From: a virus
Direction: 5' to 3' (one strand)
IMG/VR virus record: IMGVR_UViG_3300037333_000013
Span: 1-64,000 of that record
Length of the DNA: 64,000 bases
The notes below the pieces were generated by a model. That model worked only from the letters and a program-made list of their open reading frames with translations. It had not been told where the DNA came from and made no database searches. Each line of letters starts with the position of its first letter. Within the stretch, counting starts at the first letter, position 1. This document shows, one piece after another, positions 18,251 to 28,127 of this stretch. Both the position numbers and the translations under genes were made by a program.

Positions 18251-19121
18251 CAAGTACTTAAATTATGTAAAACGAGAGTTTGGAGAGAGATATTATAAAG
18301 AGTTACTGTTCATCGTAAGAAATGCTTTGGTAGATAAACTACAAGAGTCTTTAAATACTGTATCAGAAGAGCAACTCGTCGTTGATGGTGTACTAGGTGG
18401 AAAGACGATTGTGAGTCTTGGAAGTGTGTTGTCGGGAGATACACACATTATGTCCAATGTCATTAATGAAAGTCATAACGTATCTGTAACAGAGGATGAC
18501 AGATTGGAGAGTGACTTGCTAAACTTCTTATCAGATGCAGAGGGAACAACGATGCACTACAATAGAAGAACAGAACACTCTTATACTACACCATATGGTA
18601 TCTATAAATATGAACACCCACACGCTGAAGTAGTCAAGTATATCGATAGTCTTTTTATCAAGTATGGACTAAACAGTCGCTCTTATAAAGATGTACGTGC
18701 AATCAATAGTAAGTTTACTGTCTTAGAGAAAAATAGAATTAAAACACTAGCCTTAAAATTCTATAAAGAGAACTTTATGGATATGCGTATCATTAACTTA
18801 GTAGATAGACATGTTGCAATTACGTTCTTGAGTATTGCTATTAATGGTGGTAAGAGTAGAGGAGTGAAGAGTATACAGAAATCTATTGGAACAGCAGTAG
18901 ATGGACAGTTTGGAAAACAATCATTACATGCTCTTTCTGAGTATATTGAAAACCATACATGGAAAGCATTGAACTTTCATATGTTAGAGTATATGTTATA
19001 CTTTTACAGTGGACTGATTAAGAGAAATAAAAAGTTTGGTGTCTATAAGAACGGTTGGTACAACAGACTGAAGAAGACTGCATGTAGTCTGTTTACAGAT
19101 AGGTTTAAACGAATACCATAA
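18237..19121 (+). CDS. Endolysin, glycoside hydrolase 108-like with peptidoglycan-binding motifs
   Basis: AEG...T.YGI catalytic region, VDGVLGGKT and VDGQFG repeats, C-terminal YKNGWYNRL. Confidence 0.75.
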   Translation: MYGNNKYLNYVKREFGERYYKELLFIVRNALVDKLQESLNTVSEEQLVVDGVLGGKTIVSLGSVLSGDTHIMSNVINESHNVSVTEDDRLESDLLNFLSDAEGTTMHYNRRTEHSYTTPYGIYKYEHPHAEVVKYIDSLFIKYGLNSRSYKDVRAINSKFTVLEKNRIKTLALKFYKENFMDMRIINLVDRHVAITFLSIAINGGKSRGVKSIQKSIGTAVDGQFGKQSLHALSEYIENHTWKALNFHMLEYMLYFYSGLIKRNKKFGVYKNGWYNRLKKTACSLFTDRFKRIP

Positions 19122-19165
19122 AAAAATAAAGTATTAGTATAGTGGTAGCGTATGCTACCACTGTC

Positions 19166-19450
19166 CTAGAACTCTTTTACAAATTCTAATATTTTATTCA
19201 TATCCCTGGAAGATAATTTTCTTCCACACTTAATAAATCTAACACTTGTGTTATCTATCTTTAACGCATGAAGCATCATTAGTAGGTTGTTTATTCCTTT
19301 AAGAAGAGATATCTCATACTCAGCTCCCTGGAAGTCTACTACCTCAACGACTGTATCCTGTGGATATAACTCCACAGTAATTTGACGCACAGCGTCAGTT
19401 GTTGTTGTTGTTGCACAAACAACAACTTCCTCGAATTTTGCTTCTATCAT
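19166..19450 (-). CDS. Hypothetical early protein
   Basis: 94-aa ORF with AAAGGAG RBS, own promoter and downstream hairpin (19141-19162). Confidence 0.7.
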   Translation of the reverse strand: MIEAKFEEVVVCATTTTTDAVRQITVELYPQDTVVEVVDFQGAEYEISLLKGINNLLMMLHALKIDNTSVRFIKCGRKLSSRDMNKILEFVKEF

Positions 19451-19488
19451 AATTTCTCCTTTATTGTAGTGGCTTATGAGACCATATG

Positions 19489-19516
19489 GTTAGCCTATTG
19501 TTAGACATAGCAATTC
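19489..19516 (-). promoter_or_regulatory. Leader motif II, copy 3
   Basis: GAAUUGCUAU-GUCUA-acaa-UAGGC-UAAC. Confidence 0.5.
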
Positions 19517-19561
19517 AATTACACCATAATAATATATGGGTAAAAAAAAAAGGCATACACA
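19512..19561 (-). repeat. 50-bp promoter cassette repeat (49/50 identical to 60343..60392), includes the early promoter at 19528-19536
   Basis: AATTCAATTACACCATAATAATATAT(G/A)GGTAAAAAAAAAAGGCATACACA. Confidence 0.85.
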
Positions 19562-19585
19562 GATGTACATTGTACATCTGTATGG

Positions 19586-20032
19586 TTATGTAGCTATGGT
19601 GTCTTTGCCTTGTATTCTCTTGCGTAAATCTATGCAATACTTATAGTCTTCATAGACTTTGTTGTAGTTAAACTCACTCCTAACAAATCCAGGTATATGT
19701 TTTTTATATACTTTAAATAGTCTACTAGAGAGTCTCTCTGACATCGTTGGTGCGTAGAGTACTGGTTTTGTATATCCGACACTGTTTGCTATCTCTGTCT
19801 TCGTTACACCAACATCTAGTAGATAGTCTATAAATGGTATACCAGCATCAGCCGACTTCTTCTTTTTTGTAAAGATACATTCAAACAGACATGTCCTCAC
19901 CATACCGTTATTCAACCTCACTTTATCGTAGAGTTTCCTAGACAATACGACTAAGACCGACGTATAGGTAGAGTCGACTATTCTAGCCAACTCTCCGTAA
20001 TCATTTGTATTCTTGTGCTTGCACATCTTCAA
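19586..20032 (-). CDS. HTH-like DNA-binding protein, paralog family
   Basis: YLLDVGVTKTEIANSVG HTH and C-terminal FVRSEFNY shared with neighbours. Confidence 0.6.
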   Translation of the reverse strand: MKMCKHKNTNDYGELARIVDSTYTSVLVVLSRKLYDKVRLNNGMVRTCLFECIFTKKKKSADAGIPFIDYLLDVGVTKTEIANSVGYTKPVLYAPTMSERLSSRLFKVYKKHIPGFVRSEFNYNKVYEDYKYCIDLRKRIQGKDTIAT

Positions 20033-20420
20033 ACTTCTCCAGTGTCTTTAAGTAGTTATATTCAGATTCTCTAAATGCTTCTTTATGTTCCTTTAAGAAA
20101 CATTTGTGTATGTCTTTTAATAAGTTGTCGTGTAGGTTGTGTACAGTGAGGTTTCCGTCCGGTTTATTTAAACCATCTCTGATAAACTTCAATCCATATC
20201 TATCTTTTAAGAAGTAATAAATCATCAATCCTAACTCACGACTCACTTCTTTCTTTATCGTACGCTTGTACTCTATCTCTCTCACTTTATCGATATCTAT
20301 AAACTCACCGTTCTCTAAGAGTGCTGACTCCCATCTACCACCATTTCTTGTGTGTGTGTTTAGTGTTGTTTTTGTTATATCTAGAATGTAGTGTGCTATC
20401 TTTGTGTGTTCAATATTCAT
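20001..20420 (-). CDS. HTH-like protein, paralog family
   Basis: IDIDKV...ELGLMIYYFL...HKEAFRESEYNY. Confidence 0.6.
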   Translation of the reverse strand: MNIEHTKIAHYILDITKTTLNTHTRNGGRWESALLENGEFIDIDKVREIEYKRTIKKEVSRELGLMIYYFLKDRYGLKFIRDGLNKPDGNLTVHNLHDNLLKDIHKCFLKEHKEAFRESEYNYLKTLEKFEDVQAQEYK

Positions 20421-20830
20421 TTTGTTTCCTTTATTTTTTCATATCTTTCAATAGAACCAAGGTAGTCATACCCTGTTCTAATCATCTCTTTCTTACACTC
20501 ATCTAGGTAGATATCAATGAGTCTCTGTTGATTCTCTTTACTTATCATACCTAGTTGAACGAAGTACCTGGTGATACCTAACTTTTTTCCGATATCTATA
20601 TCGTCTTGACCGAGTTCTGTTGTGAGATAGTGGTATATCATTGCAGACAGTTCAGAGACGGCCTCTCGCTTCTCTATCTTTAACGCTATTAGAGAGATGA
20701 CCTTGTCGATGTCTAATTTCTTACCTACTTTAGCATCTCTTAAGTACCCACGCTTACCTGATTGAACACGTAAGTTTATCTCTGATAACCCGGTAACGAT
20801 ACTTGCTTCCTTGTATGTGACTAACTTCAT
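20417..20830 (-). CDS. HTH-like protein, paralog family
   Basis: TYKEASIVTGLSEINLR (excisionase/MerR-like HTH), LDIDKV, ELSAMIYHYL, EMIRTGYDY. Confidence 0.6.
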   Translation of the reverse strand: MKLVTYKEASIVTGLSEINLRVQSGKRGYLRDAKVGKKLDIDKVISLIALKIEKREAVSELSAMIYHYLTTELGQDDIDIGKKLGITRYFVQLGMISKENQQRLIDIYLDECKKEMIRTGYDYLGSIERYEKIKETK

Positions 20831-21339
20831 TACGATGATAAGATTAGATATGTAGCAGTGAGAGCCATCATAGACCAGAAGATACCTACTACTACATTCT
20901 CATACCTCTCAATAGGAGATGTCGTATTCTTTGTGTCTTCTATGTATAGTGTACTATGTGGATATTCACCATACAACTCTTTAAATAATGTGTCTACCAC
21001 ACCCACCTTTGTCTTAACATCACCCTTGCGTACAGTACCGTAGTGTTTCTCATCAACGATACTGAATGTTGGTAACTTCTCTTTCGGGACAGACATATCA
21101 GTAGCAAGTAGATAGAAGTACGATACCACTAATCCATTATCACAGTGCTTTGTATATCCGTCAGATAGGACATACTTATTTGTTCTTGATGTTGGTAATA
21201 GGTTAAAGAGTTTCTCTTTCTCTTTCAGGTGTATCCCATTATGGTCTTCTACGAAACCGGCACACCCTGCTGGCACTCTTCTCTTGTTTGCAATGATAAT
21301 GGTATCGCCTTTAAATCCATGGTAGTAAAATCCTAACAT
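20830..21339 (-). CDS. Hypothetical protein with C-terminal TM anchor
   Basis: 169-aa ORF, hydrophobic C-terminus, coupled in operon. Confidence 0.6.
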   Translation of the reverse strand: MLGFYYHGFKGDTIIIANKRRVPAGCAGFVEDHNGIHLKEKEKLFNLLPTSRTNKYVLSDGYTKHCDNGLVVSYFYLLATDMSVPKEKLPTFSIVDEKHYGTVRKGDVKTKVGVVDTLFKELYGEYPHSTLYIEDTKNTTSPIERYENVVVGIFWSMMALTATYLILSS

Positions 21340-21764
21340 ACTAATTTCTCCTCATTTTCTTCATAGTTCTCAAGGTCCTCATTGTAGTTAAACTCTGATT
21401 TCCTAAACGCTTCTTTATGTTCCTCTAAGTATCTATCCACAATTCTCCTATGCAATCTGAAGTTCCCATTCTTTGCATTGAATGTTGTGGGATGTACATT
21501 GAGTGCATCTGCCATTGTCACTTTCTTTACACCGATTGATACGAGGTACTCTACAAGCATCTCCCCCAATATACTCTTTGGTGTCTCGGAGTATACGTTT
21601 GAAAAATACTTCTTAAAGAACTTCTTCTTATCGTAGATACCATATCCAACTTTAGTGTCGTGATACTTATGTCCTTTTGCACTCATTGAGTACAATGTTG
21701 CTCTCTTCATACCAGTCATCTTGATTATTTCCTTACTTGTGATTGTCTCTATCTCTTGGTTCAT
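21333..21764 (-). CDS. HTH-like protein, paralog family
   Basis: TSKEIIKMTGMKRATLY (AlpA-like), VKKVTMADALNVHPTT, HKEAFRKSEFNY. Confidence 0.65.
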   Translation of the reverse strand: MNQEIETITSKEIIKMTGMKRATLYSMSAKGHKYHDTKVGYGIYDKKKFFKKYFSNVYSETPKSILGEMLVEYLVSIGVKKVTMADALNVHPTTFNAKNGNFRLHRRIVDRYLEEHKEAFRKSEFNYNEDLENYEENEEKLVC

Positions 21765-21768
21765 CTCT

Positions 21769-22272
21769 TTATTTTCCTTTCATTTCATTCACACTATGTA
21801 TCTCCACTGCGATAGAGAGTAACTCATACATCACTTTGATAGCAGTCTTCTTCATCTCTTCACCATCTTTGTTCGTCTTAATGTATGTGTTATACCCTTT
21901 GAGTGGTTCGAATACAACCTCCTTACCTTTATGAGAAACGTGTATCTTGTAGTCTCCAGATACCTCGAATACCATAATACCACGACTCTCTAATTCCTCA
22001 GTACGTTTATCATCTACATACTTATGGTTAAGAGAGTTCACCTCTAACGGTATGGTGTCATCGCCATTGATAGATGCTTGTATGCTTCTCAATACTGTCA
22101 ATAGTGTATGTGTATTGAATGTAATAGAGGCAAATAGTTTACTCTCATTACCATCATCTTCAAACACTACAAATCTAGGATACCCATTCATAAACGATAA
22201 ACCTAACCGATACTTTACATTATCTACAACTGCCTCTACTGATACAGCACCAAAGTTATGATATACTGCCAT
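21769..22272 (-). CDS. Hypothetical protein
   Basis: 167-aa ORF with GAAAGGAG RBS. Confidence 0.7.
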   Translation of the reverse strand: MAVYHNFGAVSVEAVVDNVKYRLGLSFMNGYPRFVVFEDDGNESKLFASITFNTHTLLTVLRSIQASINGDDTIPLEVNSLNHKYVDDKRTEELESRGIMVFEVSGDYKIHVSHKGKEVVFEPLKGYNTYIKTNKDGEEMKKTAIKVMYELLSIAVEIHSVNEMKGK

Positions 22273-22286
22273 AACACACTCCTTTC

Positions 22287-23114
22287 TTAATACGGATTAC
22301 TAAATCCTCTAATATAATCTCCTATGTCACTGTCACGCATCAGTATCGTCTTAATACGTGAACAATTATCATTTGGAGAAATCTTTGCTTGTGATAGTAC
22401 GCTAACCACTTTATGTCTTAAAGATGGTTTTAAGAGTAGTTTAATTAAGCCACTCTTATCACCTAGAAGATAGAGTAACTCAGGACAGAACGGTAAGAAC
22501 GTATAAGTATCTTTCTGTCTGTACTTCTTTGTAAACGCTTTCTTCTCTAGTATCTTTCCTGTATGTGACTCTAGTACCTTCATCCCTTTTGACTTCCTGT
22601 TTAGTAAGTCAAAGTTAATATGTGATAAAAGTAACCCATTGCTACTGAGTGCGAAGTTATGACTGTTATCAAAATCCATCATTGGTTTGAGTTGTTGTGC
22701 ATAACGAAACACTCTGATAGCATCATTCTTTCCATCTTCTACAATAGGATATGCACCAAAGACATACCTATATGACGGAAAGAGTAACTTGAATGTAAGT
22801 CCCTCAGATACCGAGAGTGCATGAATAACTTCTATCTCATTCATAGCCACAGCTATCACATCAGAAGCACCTCTTCCTTTCAATATCTTCTCTTTCATAT
22901 TTTTGTCTACTGCACTCAGTATGTTCCTTATAATCGTATACCAGCTGACTGCAAAGACGCTAAACTGTTTCACATCTACTTTTTCAATAGGTGTTATTTC
23001 AGAATCCTCTTTGTATACTTCAGCAGTTGGTATAAACAATGCACGCAGTGCATTACCTGTACCAATACTGATACCAAACCCTGAACAGGTTCTCTCTTCT
23101 AAAACATCTCTCAC
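22287..23114 (-). CDS. Conserved phiKZ-like hypothetical protein (SbcD-adjacent)
   Basis: R..SGFGISIGT..AL, TIIRN, LESHTG and LPF...L...GD motifs recalled from phiKZ-like core genes. Confidence 0.6.
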   Translation of the reverse strand: MRDVLEERTCSGFGISIGTGNALRALFIPTAEVYKEDSEITPIEKVDVKQFSVFAVSWYTIIRNILSAVDKNMKEKILKGRGASDVIAVAMNEIEVIHALSVSEGLTFKLLFPSYRYVFGAYPIVEDGKNDAIRVFRYAQQLKPMMDFDNSHNFALSSNGLLLSHINFDLLNRKSKGMKVLESHTGKILEKKAFTKKYRQKDTYTFLPFCPELLYLLGDKSGLIKLLLKPSLRHKVVSVLSQAKISPNDNCSRIKTILMRDSDIGDYIRGFSNPY

Positions 23115-23150
23115 TGCTCTCCTTAACTTTTAATGTATTCAATACACAGT

Positions 23151-23159
23151 AATAATATA
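23151..23159 (-). promoter_or_regulatory. Early promoter motif
   Basis: TATATTATTactgTGTA. Confidence 0.7.
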
Positions 23160-23168
23160 TGAATAAAA

Positions 23169-24233
23169 CTACTTGATGTGTTCTATGGCATCTCGATACT
23201 CTTGTGTATCTCTACCTATCTCTTTCAATATGAGTTCTGTTATGTTCTCTGTATTAATCTGTAAGTCCTCAAATGTCACGTCTAGTGTGAGCGTGTGCTT
23301 CTCTTCTTGTTTCTTTTTCTTTATTTCTAATTTTACTTCATACTCCTTTGTTATTTGTTGTAGTATAGATGTCTCTATCTGTTCGTTTCCAGTCACGTCG
23401 ATACGCAAGTACTTTGATGGGTAGTCCTTTAGGAACTGCGTAAGTCTCTTCACAGCAGACTCTGTATCGGATTCTGTAAAGTCTAACGTATCTAATCTAT
23501 GGCTGTTTGTATTCTCTATAAAGTAAAAGAGTGCTTTATCTAGTAATGGAGAGATAGTAATGATATACCCACCCTTATTTCCCTCTTCTCCAAAGAAGTT
23601 TCTCTCTAAACTCCCTGGTGTACAGATATTCCCTACAATAGACTTTGTATGGTTATGACCAATGACAATAAACCACTCTACAAACTGAAAGTCTTCTATT
23701 TGATACGACGTCTTTCCTGGCATATGATATAAGAAGCTACCATGCATCACAGCACAAGTCACTGTATCTAAACATTTAAGTTCCATCTTTCTATGTATTT
23801 CACTAACGACATCAATCGCAGTGTCACCCATCTCGTCAGGCACATAGAGTATCGTCATATCATACTCTGCATCATACTCTATCTCTATTGAGGAGAAGTA
23901 CTTGAAATCAACATCATAGGCATCACACATTAAGGAGAGTGTCTCTACTTGCTTAAAGTCGTGACTTGGTGTCCCCTCTAGAAACCTCAACTTAATGTTA
24001 TTGTCTTGACAAAACCTTAATAAGTACTGAAACGTCTTAACAGCATATTGGTACTCTTCACTAGACGCTGTTAGTTGTCTATGTGTAAAGTCACCACTGA
24101 CTACCAAGTGTGTGACATCAGATACCTCTGGTGTCAACATACCACATACACTTTTAAACGTATGCTCAGCAGTTGTCTTAGACTCACCTATATGTATGTC
24201 CGACAAACATAACATTCTCACTTCTTTATTCAT
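23169..24233 (-). CDS. sbcD: SbcD/Mre11-like metallophosphoesterase nuclease
   Basis: SDIH, SGD, GTPSHD, MHG, IGHNH and PGSLER motifs. Confidence 0.85.
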   Translation of the reverse strand: MNKEVRMLCLSDIHIGESKTTAEHTFKSVCGMLTPEVSDVTHLVVSGDFTHRQLTASSEEYQYAVKTFQYLLRFCQDNNIKLRFLEGTPSHDFKQVETLSLMCDAYDVDFKYFSSIEIEYDAEYDMTILYVPDEMGDTAIDVVSEIHRKMELKCLDTVTCAVMHGSFLYHMPGKTSYQIEDFQFVEWFIVIGHNHTKSIVGNICTPGSLERNFFGEEGNKGGYIITISPLLDKALFYFIENTNSHRLDTLDFTESDTESAVKRLTQFLKDYPSKYLRIDVTGNEQIETSILQQITKEYEVKLEIKKKKQEEKHTLTLDVTFEDLQINTENITELILKEIGRDTQEYRDAIEHIK

Positions 24234-24303
24234 GCTAAACCTTTCTTTAATCAATCAATGTGGCATCTATTACTTTTTTGAATTTACTAAAAGGAAACAG
24301 CAT

Positions 24304-24741
24304 ATGAGAATACCAACACTCAGCACACACTACGATTTAACACCAACACAGACTTTAAAGAAACTCTTTGATTACTTTATTATTGCAAACTTTTCACAAT
24401 CAACCATGTACTACGGAAACATTAGTAGCTTAAAATACATTATGCTAAAGGAGAAAGAAGACGCACTGCTTGAGTCTGTTAAAGAGTCACTCTACACACT
24501 ATATAGAAGATACTTTGAATCAAGTGATAAGGTACTCAACGATATCACAGTAGAAGTGACATACGATGCTGTTCCTGAGACATCGCTACACTACTTAAAA
24601 ATTAGAGTAGAAGTCACGTTAGATGATGTCTTGTTTAGTATCAATACAGATGTAAACAACGAAGATGTACTAGAAATCTTTGATGGGGACCATCGGTTTG
24701 AAATTGATGAAGACTTCAATACTACTATTTTTAAAGGATAA
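24304..24741 (+). CDS. Conserved hypothetical protein (possible baseplate-type virion protein)
   Basis: Starts MRIPTLS after AAAGGA; SQS..Y.G.I.SL and LY.RYF motifs recalled from phiKZ-like genes. Confidence 0.55.
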   Translation: MRIPTLSTHYDLTPTQTLKKLFDYFIIANFSQSTMYYGNISSLKYIMLKEKEDALLESVKESLYTLYRRYFESSDKVLNDITVEVTYDAVPETSLHYLKIRVEVTLDDVLFSINTDVNNEDVLEIFDGDHRFEIDEDFNTTIFKG

Positions 24742-24744
24742 GAT

Positions 24745-25257
24745 ATGAGAGAGTTGCAACAATTAGTAAAAGACATTGAAGAGACACCACTCTATAAAAG
24801 AAACCAAATAAACGTTCCTATGTTTATAGAGTTTATTAAAAGGTTCTTAAACAAGGATACCAGAGACAAAGCTGTAAATAAGTGGATTGAATTTGCAGGA
24901 TATGATAGCGAACTAAATATGAATCAATCTGGTATGTTTAAAGAGGTAGAATTGGTAAATGAAAAGATGGAAGTGATAGCTATCATTCCACCACTCTACT
25001 CAAACAGACTACCAACATCAGTCGAACCTAAGTTTGACGATATGATTACAGAGACAACAAAGAAAATCTCAACGTATGGAGACGCAGGTGCAACAGAGTT
25101 CAACTTTAATATGATGAATATGTCTAAAGCGATGATTAACAAGCGTTATGATACTTGGTCAGAAGTAATTAGAGATATTCTTCTCTCTGAGAATTCCGAA
25201 CCACAAGAAGAAGAACCACAAGAAACAGACGAAGAAAATGATACATACTATGAGTAG
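24745..25257 (+). CDS. Hypothetical protein
   Basis: 170-aa ORF with WIEFAG...V...IPPL pattern. Confidence 0.65.
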   Translation: MRELQQLVKDIEETPLYKRNQINVPMFIEFIKRFLNKDTRDKAVNKWIEFAGYDSELNMNQSGMFKEVELVNEKMEVIAIIPPLYSNRLPTSVEPKFDDMITETTKKISTYGDAGATEFNFNMMNMSKAMINKRYDTWSEVIRDILLSENSEPQEEEPQETDEENDTYYE

Positions 25258-25274
25258 GGATACCCTACTCATAG
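25248..25274. terminator. Palindrome spanning both stop codons of convergent genes
   Basis: CTATGAGTAGGG-ata-CCCTACTCATAG. Confidence 0.65.
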
Positions 25275-25555
25275 CTATATGATACACCATTTATTTCAGA
25301 GATAAATCCAAGATGTATCTCCATACAGAATGTTTTTGTTTTATGTGTTGTGATAATGACACACTTCTCAATCTCTTTATGTCTATTCATAAAGTCCTCT
25401 ACAACTTTCCGTACCATTAGTTCTCTTCTTAAGACATCTTTAGAGAGCTGAGATACTGACTCTGTCTTTGTGATGTGTTCTATTAACGCATCGATGGTTT
25501 CGATATCACTCTCTTTTATCTCTACACTGAATGGTTTTGTATGTTTGTTTCCCAC
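25265..25555 (-). CDS. Hypothetical protein
   Basis: 96-aa ORF, GTG start with AAAGGAG RBS. Confidence 0.6.
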   Translation of the reverse strand: MGNKHTKPFSVEIKESDIETIDALIEHITKTESVSQLSKDVLRRELMVRKVVEDFMNRHKEIEKCVIITTHKTKTFCMEIHLGFISEINGVSYSYE

Positions 25556-26910
25556 TATATCTCCTTTGATAATGATGTTGCTATATTGTTTATCTGTTTG
25601 AATGTGGTGTTACCACCATCAAATCCACTGATTGGTTTAATAAAAATAAACAGTAAACTATTTTCTACTTTCTCATTGTTTCCTGTTACTGTATCTATAC
25701 GTTGTAGTGTTCCTTTGTATCGGACGAGTGTGTTTCCCACTTCTTGTGTATAGAAGACTGTCATCATAGGCTTTAAGAGTCGTGCATTTGAGTACTTCCA
25801 CTCTAACTTAATGAGTATTCCATCTTGTTTTAATACGGAAGAGCGTACTGCATAGTGGTTTCCTGTGACACCGTGGTCTTCGATAGGTGCTTCTCCATCT
25901 GGCAACTTCTTGTGTGCTTGTCTATTGATTAACCACTCATCATTGAGCTTTAGTTTTCCTTTCTCTGTTTGGTAAGGTCTAGAGATAATAGCATTTGCTT
26001 CTGTTGATGTGGTAGATACACCAGAATCTCTATTTAATGTATCGTCATTGTTTACTTTATCGCTCTTCTTCACCAATATCTTTACAGTGTCGTTATCCAT
26101 AGCATAACTACTCTCTATGGTTGATATGACTGTTGAAGATAATCCAAATATCTCTAATGTCCCTTTTGATACTTCTGTGTCAGCCTTATGCGTTGGGAAG
26201 ACATAAAGAGACTCTTCTCCTATTGCATTAAAGAAAGTTGATATTCCACCATTGTATACTCCGTATGTTTTATGCTCTTGTAAGTAGCTAGGAACATCTA
26301 ACAGGAAGATGTTATCTGTACTCTTTAAGATAACGTGGTCATAGACACGTGTGTTATCTGCTGGACTCATCTGCAAGTGACTGAATGTTCCAAATGGTGT
26401 CTTTAGAGAGACTGAGTCTGAGAGTAACGTCGTAATCACATCTGTGACTGTGGCTTTCTTATAAACACCATCTGCTTTCTTTGTACGTAAACTTTTGAAT
26501 GTCTTTGGCACACACTGTCCTCTGAATGCTGTGAAACTCCTGTTGAGTTCTTCCAAGCTGGTTGTATCTAATATATTTGAACTAATATCACTATCCACAT
26601 CTTTTAGTAGAAATACATATTCGGTTGTTGATAGTTCTCCAACTGTTCTATGTATGAGTGTCAAAGTGAGTGTCTCTCTTTCTGGATAGACGAACTTGAT
26701 AAAATCACCTTGTGCTAGTTGTCCATCTATCTCTATATAAGAGACTTGGTCATTAATGAAATCATTCTTTACATATACGGATACTAGGAGTTCTATTTTA
26801 AAGTCGTGTGAAGAGGTGTGGAGAATCGCCTCATAGGACGACTCTCTCACCAAATCAGGACTAGCACCACTGATATTAAACTGTTCTTCTGTCAGTAGAT
26901 TGTTCGCCAT
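25555..26910 (-). CDS. Virion structural protein (tail/baseplate-type)
   Basis: PADN.RVY.H, VPSYLQ...YGVY..G and W.YSN..LL.P.M motifs recalled from phiKZ-like structural proteins. Confidence 0.55.
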   Translation of the reverse strand: MANNLLTEEQFNISGASPDLVRESSYEAILHTSSHDFKIELLVSVYVKNDFINDQVSYIEIDGQLAQGDFIKFVYPERETLTLTLIHRTVGELSTTEYVFLLKDVDSDISSNILDTTSLEELNRSFTAFRGQCVPKTFKSLRTKKADGVYKKATVTDVITTLLSDSVSLKTPFGTFSHLQMSPADNTRVYDHVILKSTDNIFLLDVPSYLQEHKTYGVYNGGISTFFNAIGEESLYVFPTHKADTEVSKGTLEIFGLSSTVISTIESSYAMDNDTVKILVKKSDKVNNDDTLNRDSGVSTTSTEANAIISRPYQTEKGKLKLNDEWLINRQAHKKLPDGEAPIEDHGVTGNHYAVRSSVLKQDGILIKLEWKYSNARLLKPMMTVFYTQEVGNTLVRYKGTLQRIDTVTGNNEKVENSLLFIFIKPISGFDGGNTTFKQINNIATSLSKEI

Positions 26911-27607
26911 CTAACACCCCTATAATATCTAAAATTCTTCTTGTTTCATTGTTTGCGACATTAATACGCATTGGATTTAATATTTCGTTCAGTGTATTGA
27001 GTTGCTGATACTCATAAACACCATCTATTATCTTCTTATTTACCTCTTCTAAGAGTGTGATTGTATCTTGAGATAGATTTGATAAGAGTTCTAGTACTCT
27101 TCCTAATAAGAATATTGCATCTTCGTTCGTAAAACCATTATCTGGAACCTCATCATATTCTGTATCTACATTAACTGTTGGTTCTAGTGTTGCTTCGATA
27201 GAACGCACAACATGATTAGCATATTCAAATGTAGGGAATCCTAGGTAGATTTTGTCATCTCCAACAATAGCCCCTAAACGTGCAGAGAGTGCACTGACAC
27301 TGTCACCATCTAACGCTGTTAATGTAGACAAAGCGTTTGTCACATTACTCACATCACACTGTAGCAGTGACCCTAAGTTATCTACTTCATAACAATCACC
27401 AAGTTTATCCCTCATTTCACGCATACGTTTTTTCAATACAGCTAGATACTCTTCTCTAAATGTTTCTGAACGTTTAATCATCACAAACTCATCGTCTGTA
27501 ATTTCTATTTTTAAACCATCTTTGATACATTTTACATTATCTAGTGTCACACCATTATTCTCTAAGTCTTTTGAAAACTTGTCACATTTTATATACTCTT
27601 TTATCAT
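26876..27607 (-). CDS. Hypothetical (possible head) protein
   Basis: 243-aa ORF in a structural operon; contains VDTE. Confidence 0.6.
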   Translation of the reverse strand: MIKEYIKCDKFSKDLENNGVTLDNVKCIKDGLKIEITDDEFVMIKRSETFREEYLAVLKKRMREMRDKLGDCYEVDNLGSLLQCDVSNVTNALSTLTALDGDSVSALSARLGAIVGDDKIYLGFPTFEYANHVVRSIEATLEPTVNVDTEYDEVPDNGFTNEDAIFLLGRVLELLSNLSQDTITLLEEVNKKIIDGVYEYQQLNTLNEILNPMRINVANNETRRILDIIGVLDGEQSTDRRTV

Positions 27608-28125
27608 CCCATCCTCTTTCTAATTTCATTTATTCTCTTTTGCTTAGGAGAGACAATCTTTTTGTACTCCATACGCTTCTTCATCTCATCTTCTGATATA
27701 AATCCTAGTGAATGTGTCATCTCTTTAATACTGACACTGACAGATAGTTTGCTTCTGTTTAGCTTCATCACAGTGTTTGCGAACATGGTGAGATTCTCAG
27801 AGACAGAATACATATCCTCTGTCATTCTGTTATTGATACGTCTATGGCTATCCTCTAATAGCCCCACTAATTCTGCACACGCATCATAGAGTTTACTTAA
27901 GTCTCTTTTGTCGTATAGGTAAATTCTATATCCTTGTGAGTTGTAATCTGCTAAATCTTCTAATGTCATTCCGAAGATATCATATTTCGATAAGTCTGGC
28001 TCATGATACTTCCCGTTGACCATCTCACCGTATGTTAGTTCTGATATATTCCTACGAAGAACCATCGGTGCTTTCACAATATAGACTTTCCCTACCAGTT
28101 TTAAAATTCGGTCTCTTGGAGACAT
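27604..28125 (-). CDS. Hypothetical protein
   Basis: 173-aa ORF in operon. Confidence 0.65.
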   Translation of the reverse strand: MSPRDRILKLVGKVYIVKAPMVLRRNISELTYGEMVNGKYHEPDLSKYDIFGMTLEDLADYNSQGYRIYLYDKRDLSKLYDACAELVGLLEDSHRRINNRMTEDMYSVSENLTMFANTVMKLNRSKLSVSVSIKEMTHSLGFISEDEMKKRMEYKKIVSPKQKRINEIRKRMG

Positions 28126-28127
28126 TC

